Shown here piece after piece: positions 53,565-62,951 of a DNA stretch of 64,000 nt. Under the pieces are notes generated by a model that was not told the origin of the DNA, ran no database searches, and was given only the letters and a program-made list of their open reading frames with translations. Each line of letters starts with the position of its first letter. The first letter of the stretch is position 1. Source of the DNA: an uncultured Eubacteriales bacterium (GTDB taxonomy: Bacteria > Bacillota > Clostridia > Christensenellales > CAG-138); the NCBI GenBank assembly GCA_902797145.1, contig CADBRR010000126.1, positions 2,485 through 66,484 on the forward strand, in the 5' to 3' direction. Made by a program: the position numbers and the translations under genes.

Positions 53565-55190
53565 ATGGACTACATGACAAACATTCTTGAAGCGGTTGGC
53601 GGACTTGCGTTGTTCCTGTTCGGAATGAATTATATGGGCGAAGGGCTTGAACACGCAGCTGGTTCTAAGCTCAAGACGATACTTGAAAAATTGACAAAAA
53701 ACAGAATCCTTGCAACGATAGTCGGCATAGTCATAACGGCGATAATTCAGAGTTCATCTGCAACTATAGTAATGGCTATGGGTTTTGTAAACGCAGGGCT
53801 TATGAATCTTGCGCAGACCGTCGGAATAGTAATGGGTGCAAATATTGGTACAACAGTAACAGGACAGTTGCTTGCGCTCAATGTTGGAAAATTAGCGCCA
53901 GTGTTTGCAATTATAGGCGTAGTGCTTATAATGTTTTTTGGCAAAAAGAAGAAGGTTAAATATTGGGGACAAGTTATAGTAGGGTTCGGAATACTGTTTA
54001 TCGGTATGAGCGAGATGAGCAGCGGTATGAAATTCTTAGGCGAACTCGATTGGTTCAAGTCTGCAATAACGAGCTTTAAAAACCCGATAATCGGAATATT
54101 GTTTGGTTTTGCATTTTCTGCAATAACTCAGTCAAGCTCTGTAACTATTGGTATTTTGCAGGCATTAGCGCTTGGCGGTTTAATATCGCTTGACAGCTCG
54201 ATTTACATAATATTCGGTCAGAACATCGGCGCTTGCGTTATAACGCTTATAGCATCAGCAAGCGGAAACAAGAACGCAAAGAGGACAGCAATGGTTCACT
54301 TGTTGTTCAATATTTTCGGAACGATAATATTTATGATATTCTTGTCGGTATTCAATCTGCCGTTTGTAGAATGGGTAGATTCTTTGACGCCCGACTCACC
54401 TGTAAATCAGATAGCGAATGCGCACACGATTTTCAAGGTTATAACTACTATAATATTGCTGCCGTTTGGCAATTTGCTTGCAAAACTTGCAACGATTATT
54501 ATACCGGGCGAGGATGCGTCAGATGGGCCAAGGCTTATGCACATCAATAAGCTTGAATTTGGTTCAAAATCGCTTGGCGCATCATCTGTTGCGCTTGCGC
54601 AGGTCGAAGCTGAAATTGACAGAATGCATATGCTTGCAAATGAAAATCTACACAAGGCTATCGAAGCGTTTTTCTCGAAAAAGTCAGATGATTTAGATAA
54701 TGTATATAAGAACGAGGAAACGATAGACTTTTTAAATCACGAGATAACGAAATATTTGATTCAGTTGAACTCAATGGAGCTTTCGCCGCAGGACGCAAAG
54801 TATGTCAGCTCCTTATTCCACATTATTTCGGATATAGAGCGAATAGGCGACCATGCAGAGAACATAGCGGATTATGCAAGGCAGAGAAACGAAGGCAGGG
54901 CGCATTTTACAGAAGATGCGAAAGCTGAATTAAGGGAAATATCCGATATGGTATATAAAATCATGGACCTTGCATATGACTATTTCAAGTCGCCTGAGGG
55001 AAAGTCGTTTGAACCTATAAATTCACTTGAACAGGCTATTGACGATAAGCGTGACGAGCTTGAAGCAAACCATATAAAGAGGCTCAACAGGAACGAATGC
55101 GAGCCTAATTCAGGTATGATATTTGTAGAAATAGTAACAGACCTTGAAAGAATTTCAGACCATGCGCTCAACATTGCGCAAAGAGCATAA
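53565..55190 (+). CDS. Na/Pi-cotransporter family protein with C-terminal PhoU-like repeats
   Basis: ORF 53556..55190 (GTG), trimmed to ATG 53565. GGLALFLFGMNYMGEGL, QSSSATIVM / QSSSVTIGI repeats, PhoU-like DIERIGDHAENIA and DLERISDHALNIA. Confidence 0.85.
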   Translation: MDYMTNILEAVGGLALFLFGMNYMGEGLEHAAGSKLKTILEKLTKNRILATIVGIVITAIIQSSSATIVMAMGFVNAGLMNLAQTVGIVMGANIGTTVTGQLLALNVGKLAPVFAIIGVVLIMFFGKKKKVKYWGQVIVGFGILFIGMSEMSSGMKFLGELDWFKSAITSFKNPIIGILFGFAFSAITQSSSVTIGILQALALGGLISLDSSIYIIFGQNIGACVITLIASASGNKNAKRTAMVHLLFNIFGTIIFMIFLSVFNLPFVEWVDSLTPDSPVNQIANAHTIFKVITTIILLPFGNLLAKLATIIIPGEDASDGPRLMHINKLEFGSKSLGASSVALAQVEAEIDRMHMLANENLHKAIEAFFSKKSDDLDNVYKNEETIDFLNHEITKYLIQLNSMELSPQDAKYVSSLFHIISDIERIGDHAENIADYARQRNEGRAHFTEDAKAELREISDMVYKIMDLAYDYFKSPEGKSFEPINSLEQAIDDKRDELEANHIKRLNRNECEPNSGMIFVEIVTDLERISDHALNIAQRA

Positions 55191-55208
55191 ACTAAGATAA
55201 TAAAGCAT

Positions 55209-55240
55209 CGGCAGGGTTATAACCCTGCCGAATTGATTTT
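55209..55240. terminator. Terminator hairpin between convergent genes
   Basis: CGGCAGGGTT-AT-AACCCTGCCG followed by AATTGATTTT. Confidence 0.6.
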
Positions 55241-55250
55241 ATATAAGATA

Positions 55251-55745
55251 TTATTTAAGGAAGTTAAGGCTTCTGATAATAGCCGGTTCTTTTGCTTTAC
55301 CTGAACAAATCTGGAAGAAGCAGATAATCTTGATTACGAAAAGAACGATTTCCATAACTCCTGCTGCAAAAGGAACAATGAATGTCCATATGAGAAATAT
55401 AGAACATATAGCAAGCAATGTATCAACAACCAAGAACTTGATAGCCTGACGAACGTGGAAAGCTGTATACGGTGAATCATGGCTTGCAAGGAGCGCAATG
55501 ATAATTCCGATAAAGCCAAGAAGATAAACGCTCATAGCATAAACCTTGTTATCCGAAATATCTTTCTGATTAAATTCTGCTGTGTGATCGTATGGATCTA
55601 TCGGCGCATATGGTGCATAACCGTTGTTGAATCCGCCATTATTAAAGTTAGGATTGTTAGGCTGTTGATTGAGGGGTGTACCGCAAACCGAGCAATGTGT
55701 TGCCTGGTCGGGCATATTTGCATTACAATTAGGACATGATTTCAT
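55251..55745 (-). CDS. Zinc-ribbon + DUF4870-like membrane protein
   Basis: ORF 55251..55760, trimmed to MKSCPNCNANMPDQATHCSVCGTPL behind GGAGG. Asn/Pro-rich linker, 3 TM with HVRQAIKF. Confidence 0.6.
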   Translation of the reverse strand: MKSCPNCNANMPDQATHCSVCGTPLNQQPNNPNFNNGGFNNGYAPYAPIDPYDHTAEFNQKDISDNKVYAMSVYLLGFIGIIIALLASHDSPYTAFHVRQAIKFLVVDTLLAICSIFLIWTFIVPFAAGVMEIVLFVIKIICFFQICSGKAKEPAIIRSLNFLK

Positions 55746-55900
55746 AAAAAATTCCTCCATAGAATTATTAAATTTTTATTTATTATAACATCACTATGTC
55801 AAAAATTCAACAAAATAAAACAAATATTTATTAAAAGTTTTATGAATAAAAAAACCAATTATGCCAACAATAATAAAAAATGTATGGAGAAAACATAGTT

Positions 55901-57364
55901 ATGTCAGAAAACAAATTAAAAATATTATTAGCGGTCAGCGAATCAGTACCGTTTATAAAAACAGGCGGGCTTGCGGATATGGTTCCTGCGCTTGCGAGGG
56001 AGCTTATAAAGCAGGGCATAGATGCGAGGATAATTATGCCCAAATACGACCTTATAGATGTGTATTACAGGCACAATATGAACCACGTCTGCGATTTTTA
56101 TATATATCTTGGGCAAAAATGCGTTTATATGGGGATAGATTCTTTAACGCTTGATAATCTAACATATTATTTTGTAGATAATCAGGATTATTTTTATAGA
56201 GGTTATATTTACGGAGGCGATGAATTTGATGGGGAACGATTCTCATTCTTTTGCCGTTCGGTGCTTGCGTGCCTTGATTATCTTGGTTTTTATCCCGATA
56301 TAATTCATACAAACGATTGGCATACAGGTTTAATACCTGTGCTATTGAAAACGCAGTACAATACAAAAATCAAAACTCTGTATACGATACATAATTTGAA
56401 ATATCAGGGCGTTTTTGATTTCGGCAAAATAAATTCGCTTTTGAACGTCAACAATTATGAAACGCTTGAATATTATGGCAAAATGAATTTTATGAAAGCT
56501 GGTATAGTTTATTCAGATAAAATAAACACAGTAAGCCCCAACTATGCGCACGAAATTCTAAACGATTATTTTGGCGAAACGCTTGACGGTCTTTTAAGAA
56601 TGCGTCAAAATGACCTCACGGGAATTTTAAACGGAATTGACTATTCAGTATATAACCCTGAAACGGACAAGCATATACATAAGAACTATTCATTTGATAA
56701 CCACGATTTGCGTTTTGAATGCAAGGTTGCGCTTCAACAGGAGTTGGGGCTTCAAAAGCGAACCGACTGCCCTATGTTTGCAATAGTGTCGAGGTTTACG
56801 CCGCAAAAAGGTCTTGATTTGGTCGAATGCGTGCTTGACGATATAATGCGAAAAGATGTACAGCTTGTGGTTTTAGGTCAGGGCGAAAGGCATTTTGAAG
56901 AGTTATTTTTGAATAAGCAGCAGCAACATAACGGTCGCCTTGCGTTCAGGTTTGGAATGAATGAACCGCTTGCGCATAGAATTTATTCGGGCGCAGATTT
57001 TCTTATTATGCCCTCAGAATATGAGCCTTGTGGGCTTGCGCAGATGATAGCAATGCGTTATGGCTGTATACCGATAGTTCGTGAAACGGGCGGACTTGTA
57101 GATACAGTAAAGGCTTATAATAAATTTACAGGCGAGGGAAATGGTTTTTCGTTCCCCGATTATAATGCGCATGAGCTGTTGTATACGATAGAGCGTGCGG
57201 GCGGACTTTATAGAAATAAAGAGGTTATGAACGGGCTAATATTCCATGCCATGAGATATGATTCAAGCTTTGAAAGGTCGGCAAAAAGCTATATAGGGCT
57301 TTATAAATCACTTTTTTTAAAATTATGTTGCAAAAAATGGTTTTATAGTGTAGAATATCTATAA
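55901..57364 (+). CDS. glgA: Glycogen (starch) synthase
   Basis: ORF 55880..57364, trimmed to MSENKLKILLAVSESVPFIKTGGLADMV (KTGGL motif). HTNDWHTGL, PSEYEPCGLAQM. Confidence 0.9.
   Translation: MSENKLKILLAVSESVPFIKTGGLADMVPALARELIKQGIDARIIMPKYDLIDVYYRHNMNHVCDFYIYLGQKCVYMGIDSLTLDNLTYYFVDNQDYFYRGYIYGGDEFDGERFSFFCRSVLACLDYLGFYPDIIHTNDWHTGLIPVLLKTQYNTKIKTLYTIHNLKYQGVFDFGKINSLLNVNNYETLEYYGKMNFMKAGIVYSDKINTVSPNYAHEILNDYFGETLDGLLRMRQNDLTGILNGIDYSVYNPETDKHIHKNYSFDNHDLRFECKVALQQELGLQKRTDCPMFAIVSRFTPQKGLDLVECVLDDIMRKDVQLVVLGQGERHFEELFLNKQQQHNGRLAFRFGMNEPLAHRIYSGADFLIMPSEYEPCGLAQMIAMRYGCIPIVRETGGLVDTVKAYNKFTGEGNGFSFPDYNAHELLYTIERAGGLYRNKEVMNGLIFHAMRYDSSFERSAKSYIGLYKSLFLKLCCKKWFYSVEYL
57328..57356 (+). 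promoter_or_regulatory. Putative promoter inside the glgA 3' end for the DUF1292 gene
   Basis: TTGCAA (57328) - 17 nt - TAGAAT (57351). Same hexamers as the glnA promoter. Confidence 0.4.
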
Positions 57365-57389
57365 ATTAAATTTGAAAGGAATAATTACA

Positions 57390-57794
57390 ATGGACGAAAT
57401 GAATAACATTTTTGAAGAAGAAAGAGATCTTGTTAGAATGCTTGATGAAGACGGTAACGAGGTTGTTCTTGAAGTTATAGAATACTTTGATCTTGACGAT
57501 GAAGAATATGCAATTCTAATTGACGCAGAAGATGACGAATGCGATTGTGGCTGTGAACACGACCACGAACATGATGAAGATGAAGAACATCATCATGACC
57601 ATACAGCATATATTATGAAAGTCGTTTCGAACGGTGAAACAGACGATGACGGCAACGAGCTTGTAGAGTTTGTACAGCCTGACGAAAGCAAGATGGAATC
57701 GCTCATCAATGCAGCACAGGAAGTTCTCTTCGGCGATGAAGAAGACGACGAATGCGACGATGAAGATTGTGATTGCCACCATCATCACGAATAA
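57390..57794 (+). CDS. DUF1292-like protein with His/Cys/Asp/Glu-rich inserts
   Basis: ORF 57372..57794 (TTG), trimmed to ATG 57390. DUF1292 pattern LDEDGNEVVLEVIEYFDLDDEEYAILID ... ELVEFVQPDE. Inserts CDCGCEHDHEHDEDEEHHHDH and C-terminal CDDEDCDCHHHHE. Confidence 0.6.
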   Translation: MDEMNNIFEEERDLVRMLDEDGNEVVLEVIEYFDLDDEEYAILIDAEDDECDCGCEHDHEHDEDEEHHHDHTAYIMKVVSNGETDDDGNELVEFVQPDESKMESLINAAQEVLFGDEEDDECDDEDCDCHHHHE

Positions 57795-57808
57795 TTAAAT
57801 AATAATAG

Positions 57809-57852
57809 GGCTGTTGCCAATCTGAAACTTCGGATTCACAACAGCCTTTTTT
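57809..57852 (+). terminator. Intrinsic terminator
   Basis: GGCTGTTG...CAACAGCC (with inner AATC/GATT) + T6. Confidence 0.8.
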
Positions 57853-57953
57853 GATTTTGCATATTAAATTTTGATAAATGGTATCATTTTTTTGCATTTA
57901 ATATTAAAAATTCTATTTCCCCAAAAGGAACAGTAACTAATATTTTATAGCTA

Positions 57954-59396
57954 TTATTTTCTTTTCCAGAATGTTGGAGTCATAATCATAAGCAATGGGA
58001 AAACTTCAAGCCTACCAAATAGCATATCAACGCTGAGAACCAGCTTAATAATCGGTGAGAAAATCGAGAAATTACCAGTAGGACCTACGAGCGCAAGGCC
58101 GGGACCTATATTGCTCATACAAGATATAACGCCGGTAACGTTCGTTGTAAAATCGAAACCATCGAGCGAAACGATAAGTATTGAAACGAGCAGAATGCAC
58201 ATATATAGCGCAAAATGCACAAGCGTACCATAAAGAGTTCCTTTTTCAACGACTTTTCCGTCAAGTTTAACAACGCTTGCGTATCGAGGATGGAGCATAT
58301 GGAGAATCTCCTGCCTAAACGACTTAAATATCATAACTATTCTGCCGACTTTAAGGCCGCCTGCCGTTGAACCGGCGCAACCGCCTATGAACATAATCGC
58401 AACGAGCAGCGTCTTTGAAAACTCAGGCCACGTGTTGAAATCGACCGTAGCAAAACCTGTCGTTGAAATAATTGACGTTACTTGGAAATAAGCATCACGA
58501 ATAGCAATAAGTGCATTTTCATAACGAGGCAAAATATTTATCGTAATCGCAGCGACGCTCGCAAACACTATAAGAATAAAAGCGTGCATCTCTTCGTTTT
58601 TGAATACGCTTTTAAAATGCCTGAGCATAAGATAATAATAAAGGTTAAAATTGAGTGCGAAAAGAAGCATAAACGTTGCAACAACGATATGGATATAACT
58701 GCTCTCATAATAACCAATGCTTGCATTTTTAGTAGCGAAACCGCCCGTACCGGCAGTACCGAACGAAACAATAAGCGCATCGAATAAGTCCATACCGCCT
58801 ATCAATAGCATAACAGCTTCAATAAGCGTAAGCAGGATATAAAGAATGTACAAAATCTTTGCAGAATCCTTTATTTTAGGCACGAGCTTGCCCATAGTGG
58901 GACCGGGAACCTCCGCACGCATAACGTGCATTGAGCTTTCATCCGCAAGCGGAATTATCGCAAGCACGAACACGAGTACACCCATACCACCGATAAAATG
59001 CGTAAAGCTTCGCCAGAAAAGCAAGCTGTAACTCAACGCTTCAACATCTTTTAAAATCGTAGAACCGGTCGTAGTAAAACCCGAAACAGTTTCAAAAAAC
59101 GCATCTATAAATGACGGAATCTGCCCTTCTATAACGAACGGAAGCGCACCAAATACAGACATTAGTACCCATACAACAGCAACCGTTACAAACCCCTCTC
59201 TTGCACGAATATCACTTCGTTTTTGCCTGATAATCAGCAAAGCCGGCACGCATAATGCCGCAATCATCACAATGGTCATAGCAAACCCCAGTATGCTCTC
59301 TCCATAAATCAGCGCAACTATGATTGGAAGAATCATAAGCGTTGCCTCTACAAGCAAGGTTTTTGAAACCATCGTTATTATAGCTTTATAATTCAT
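57954..59396 (-). CDS. trkH: TrkH/KtrB-family K+ transporter membrane subunit
   Basis: 480 aa. Repeated MPM-type segments with [34 protein letters not shown] selectivity-filter strings. Confidence 0.88.
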   Translation of the reverse strand: MNYKAIITMVSKTLLVEATLMILPIIVALIYGESILGFAMTIVMIAALCVPALLIIRQKRSDIRAREGFVTVAVVWVLMSVFGALPFVIEGQIPSFIDAFFETVSGFTTTGSTILKDVEALSYSLLFWRSFTHFIGGMGVLVFVLAIIPLADESSMHVMRAEVPGPTMGKLVPKIKDSAKILYILYILLTLIEAVMLLIGGMDLFDALIVSFGTAGTGGFATKNASIGYYESSYIHIVVATFMLLFALNFNLYYYLMLRHFKSVFKNEEMHAFILIVFASVAAITINILPRYENALIAIRDAYFQVTSIISTTGFATVDFNTWPEFSKTLLVAIMFIGGCAGSTAGGLKVGRIVMIFKSFRQEILHMLHPRYASVVKLDGKVVEKGTLYGTLVHFALYMCILLVSILIVSLDGFDFTTNVTGVISCMSNIGPGLALVGPTGNFSIFSPIIKLVLSVDMLFGRLEVFPLLMIMTPTFWKRK

Positions 59397-59410
59397 AATA
59401 TTTCCTTAAA

Positions 59411-60775
59411 TCATTTTAAAATATCATCAAGCGCATTTATCTTGCTCTTTGATGTAATAACAATAACCCTATCCCGTGCGCAAATCATATCACTGCCGCC
59501 CGGAGTTATAACTTTGTCCTTTCTAATTATTCCAGCGATAACAAGATTGTCAATAAGCTGTAAATCCTTGAGCTTAATACCTATGCACTTTGAACTGATG
59601 TCAGCCATAAAACCGAGTGCCTCTGCCCTGCCGCCGGCAACCTTATAGAGTGTATCAACATTGCTGCCCCTCGTGTTTTCGAGCGCACGGGCATACTGCA
59701 AAACGCTGTCAGCAGTCGTTTTCTTTGTTGAAACAATCGCATCAATGCCCGAATTTTCAAACATCTCAGCAAAGCTTGTATTGTTGACCTTTGCAATTAC
59801 TTTCTTGACACCGCACTTTTTAGCATACATAGAGAAGATTATGTTTTCCTCGTCCATGCCTGTAAGGGCAATAAAGCTGTCGGTTCTTTCAAGGTCTAAC
59901 TCTTCCATAACGCTGCTCTCCGATGCATCACCATGGATTATAATAACGTTTCCGGGCAGTTTTTCTTTGAGTTCATCAACAATAGCCCTGTCCTTTTCGA
60001 CAATCTTAATTGAAGATACGTTTTCACTTTCTGCAAGTTCCCTTGCAAGATAAAGACCTATCCTGCTTCCGCCGACAATAACAATTCGTTTAGGCTTAAC
60101 TTTACTTATTCCGAACAAATTCCCGAACCTGAACAAATCGTTGTGCTGTGCAGAAACGCTTACAACATCGCCTGCTTTCAATACGAAGTCGCCCGACGGA
60201 ATATAAATATTATTATCCCTTAAAACAGCGCAAATAAGAACTTTAACCTTGTGTTTAGCATAAAGTTCATGAAGAGCAACGCCATCAAGCGGAGAATCAT
60301 TACCGAGCCTAAATTCGACAATTTCGAGCTTTCCGCTTGCAAAATGCTCAACGTTTATAGCGTTTGAGAATTTGAGCATTCTAAGAATTTCTCTTGCGGT
60401 TGAATGGTCAGGATTCAGCGTGAACAAAAGGCCGAACTTCTCATTAAAGAACCCTAAATGCCTTGAATACTCGGAGTCCCTTATCCTTGCCATAACGTTC
60501 TTTGCGCCGATAGACTTTGACATAATGCACGAAAGGACGTTGACTTCATCAGAGCTTGTCGCAGAAATATAAAGGTCTGCGAGATGAACATTTGCTTCTT
60601 TTAATACATCAAGATTAGTACAGCTTCCCTCAATGACCATCGCATCAAGATAATTTGTAACGGAATCGGTAAATCCCTTTTTGCTGTCAATAACAGTAAC
60701 ATCATGTTTTTCGTTAGCAAGCTGTTGTGCAAGATAGTAACCAACTTTGCCTGCGCCTGCAATTACAATATTCAT
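59411..60775 (-). CDS. trkA: Trk system NAD-binding subunit TrkA (double RCK)
   Basis: ORF 59411..60832, trimmed to MNIVIAGAGKVGYYLAQQL. Second Rossmann IVIVGGSRIGLYLAREL. Confidence 0.88.
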   Translation of the reverse strand: MNIVIAGAGKVGYYLAQQLANEKHDVTVIDSKKGFTDSVTNYLDAMVIEGSCTNLDVLKEANVHLADLYISATSSDEVNVLSCIMSKSIGAKNVMARIRDSEYSRHLGFFNEKFGLLFTLNPDHSTAREILRMLKFSNAINVEHFASGKLEIVEFRLGNDSPLDGVALHELYAKHKVKVLICAVLRDNNIYIPSGDFVLKAGDVVSVSAQHNDLFRFGNLFGISKVKPKRIVIVGGSRIGLYLARELAESENVSSIKIVEKDRAIVDELKEKLPGNVIIIHGDASESSVMEELDLERTDSFIALTGMDEENIIFSMYAKKCGVKKVIAKVNNTSFAEMFENSGIDAIVSTKKTTADSVLQYARALENTRGSNVDTLYKVAGGRAEALGFMADISSKCIGIKLKDLQLIDNLVIAGIIRKDKVITPGGSDMICARDRVIVITSKSKINALDDILK

Positions 60776-60928
60776 AAAACACTTCCCCAGTTTATTTTTT
60801 AAATATATCCATAGCTTATTATAATACCACAATTTAAAAAATTTGCAACTAATTTTGGAAAAGCTATCATAAATTTATTTTATGTGATATAATCAAAATA
60901 TAAAATTCATTTAAAGAAAGGAATCAGT

Positions 60929-62050
60929 ATGCGTAAATTTTTTATAACTCTGATATGTATTGTATCATGTGCATCAATAATTTTTGCATCAGGCTGTCAC
61001 AAAGATGAACCCGAATCTCCGTATATAGATATGGATAGGACGAGCGTGCCGCAATCAACGCCTGCTATGACACCACGGATAGATGATCCTAATGCCCCGA
61101 TAGAAACGCATTATGAAGAGGGAAACGTTGTTGATATTCCGTTTGATGAAAATGTAATTAAAAGTATGATAGAATTGTATTTGACAACGAGCAAGTATGT
61201 GTTTACAACGGGCGAAAGCTTTATTGGCATTGCCCCTAAACAGCTACAGGACGATATAATCTATACTGCCCTTGATAAAAAGCTGTTCGATGAACACGAC
61301 GGGATAATCGACCAGAACACGAATTATGTCGGCGCAGAAACACTGCCTACGATATATAATTCCTGCTTCATAACAGGCGAATATGAAGGCTATAAGGTAG
61401 TAAATACACCCGAATATGCAACTCCGCTTCAAACGACTCAGGGTGGCTATAAATTCGTGCGTTCACAGCCGGACACGATTAACATTTCGCTTACAAATTC
61501 AAGCGAAAGCAGTATCATGAGCGGTGTTTATGAAGTTCAGCTCAAAGTATACAATAAAGAGCTTGAACAGCCATATGTAGGCGATGTAACGATTTATCTT
61601 AAAAAGAATGTATATTCAAAGTTCGGTTATTCTATATTCGGCGCTATGATTTCAAATATAGAACCACAGCCGACACCTACACCGACCCCCGAACCTACAC
61701 CGACAACGGAGCTTGGTTTTGAAGAGGTTTATACTTATATAACCGAGATAGATGCTCTAAGCCGCAAAGTAACGCTCGATTATGTTGCGCTCGAACCCGA
61801 TCCGACAAGCGATGTACCGATTATAAAGAACGATAGCGATAAGCTTCGTGAAATGACGATTGATGAAACATATACTCTGTATATTCCGTATGAATCGAAC
61901 CTTGCAATACTCCATTCTGCAAGCCTTGAGGAATTTATCGAATTTTACAAGTACTTTGAAGAAGAACTCGGCGATAAAATGCTCGTAAGGGCAAAAATTG
62001 ACCTCGTAAGCAATACAGTTGTGGAGATGCGCTATGAATATATGCCGTAA
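60929..62050 (+). CDS. Hypothetical lipoprotein with Pro-Thr linker
   Basis: 373 aa. Lipobox FASGC, linker EPQPTPTPTPEPTPT. No family recognised. Confidence 0.55.
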   Translation: MRKFFITLICIVSCASIIFASGCHKDEPESPYIDMDRTSVPQSTPAMTPRIDDPNAPIETHYEEGNVVDIPFDENVIKSMIELYLTTSKYVFTTGESFIGIAPKQLQDDIIYTALDKKLFDEHDGIIDQNTNYVGAETLPTIYNSCFITGEYEGYKVVNTPEYATPLQTTQGGYKFVRSQPDTINISLTNSSESSIMSGVYEVQLKVYNKELEQPYVGDVTIYLKKNVYSKFGYSIFGAMISNIEPQPTPTPTPEPTPTTELGFEEVYTYITEIDALSRKVTLDYVALEPDPTSDVPIIKNDSDKLREMTIDETYTLYIPYESNLAILHSASLEEFIEFYKYFEEELGDKMLVRAKIDLVSNTVVEMRYEYMP

Positions 62051-62903
62051 AAAAGCAATAGTTTTCATAGTATCAATTTTGTTGGCGGTTGCATCTGTCC
62101 TTAGCTTGACATCGTGTTCACAAACAAAAGATGCTATAAAGCGTGAAACGGTTATAACAGCTCCACCGCCATCAATTTCATTTGAGGTAGTTCAAACACA
62201 GGAACCAATGCCATTTATTACGTATTTGCAACCGCTTCCAACCGAAACGATAAAAGATACGCACACACCGCTTCCGCTTGAAGGAATCGTAATAGGGCTT
62301 GACCCAGGTCATCAGGCGCATCAGAACACAGAAAAAGAGCCTGTCGAACCCGGTTCATCTGTTATGAAGAAGAAAGTTTCAGCAGGCACGTGGGGAAGCA
62401 CGACACATATTTACGAATACGAAGTAGTATTAAACGTTGCGCTTGAACTTCGTGATTTGCTCAAACAGGCAGGTGCTACCGTCTATATGACAAGGGAAGT
62501 AAACGATGTAGATATTTCAAATATAGAGCGTGCAAAGTTCTTTAACGAACATAACGTAGATTTGGGAATACGCATACATTGTAATTCCTCAGACGATACA
62601 TCAAAAGCAGGCGCATTTATCTTAATACCGGATAAAAAGCATACGAAGCACTTTGATTTTATAAAAGAGTGCGCAAATAACATTTTGTCAGCTTATGGCG
62701 ATGCAACCGGCATTTCAACAAAATATGGAATAGTTGAGCGTGACGACCAAACAGGTTTTAATTGGTGCAGCGTTCCCGTTATAAATATTGAAATGGGACA
62801 TATGTCAAATAAAACGGAGGAATTAAAGCTCGTTGACAGCAATTTCCAGAAAAAAATGGCTCGTGGGATTTTTAACGGAGTCGCTGAATGCTTCAAAAAG
62901 TAA
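62034..62903 (+). CDS. N-acetylmuramoyl-L-alanine amidase (Amidase_3)
   Basis: ORF 62019..62903, trimmed to MNICRKKAIVFIVSILLAVASVLSLTSC. GLDPGHQ, IRIHCNS, VINIEMGHMSN zinc/catalytic strings. Overlaps the upstream gene by 17 nt. Confidence 0.8.
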   Translation: MNICRKKAIVFIVSILLAVASVLSLTSCSQTKDAIKRETVITAPPPSISFEVVQTQEPMPFITYLQPLPTETIKDTHTPLPLEGIVIGLDPGHQAHQNTEKEPVEPGSSVMKKKVSAGTWGSTTHIYEYEVVLNVALELRDLLKQAGATVYMTREVNDVDISNIERAKFFNEHNVDLGIRIHCNSSDDTSKAGAFILIPDKKHTKHFDFIKECANNILSAYGDATGISTKYGIVERDDQTGFNWCSVPVINIEMGHMSNKTEELKLVDSNFQKKMARGIFNGVAECFKK

Positions 62904-62911
62904 ATAATAAA

Positions 62912-62946
62912 GCCGAGTGAATTTTTCTCCACTCGGCATTTTGTTT
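62912..62946. terminator. Bidirectional intrinsic terminator
   Basis: GCCGAGTG-10 nt-CACTCGGC + ATTTTGTTT. An A-rich run lies upstream. Confidence 0.8.
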
Positions 62947-62951
62947 ATAGA

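Noticed and set aside
53385-53654. 89-aa minus-strand ORF spanning the gdhA / Na-Pi transporter intergenic region.
   Set aside because: It overlaps two opposing promoters and the start of the transporter gene. It has an AT-driven composition and no SD, so it is judged spurious.
57301-57364. Odd hydrophobic C-terminal tail of GlgA (..LFLKLCCKKWFYSVEYL), considered as a frameshift or pseudogenisation signal.
   Set aside because: All catalytic regions are intact and in one frame. The tail merely reads through the promoter-like sequence of the next gene. There is no evidence of a frameshift.
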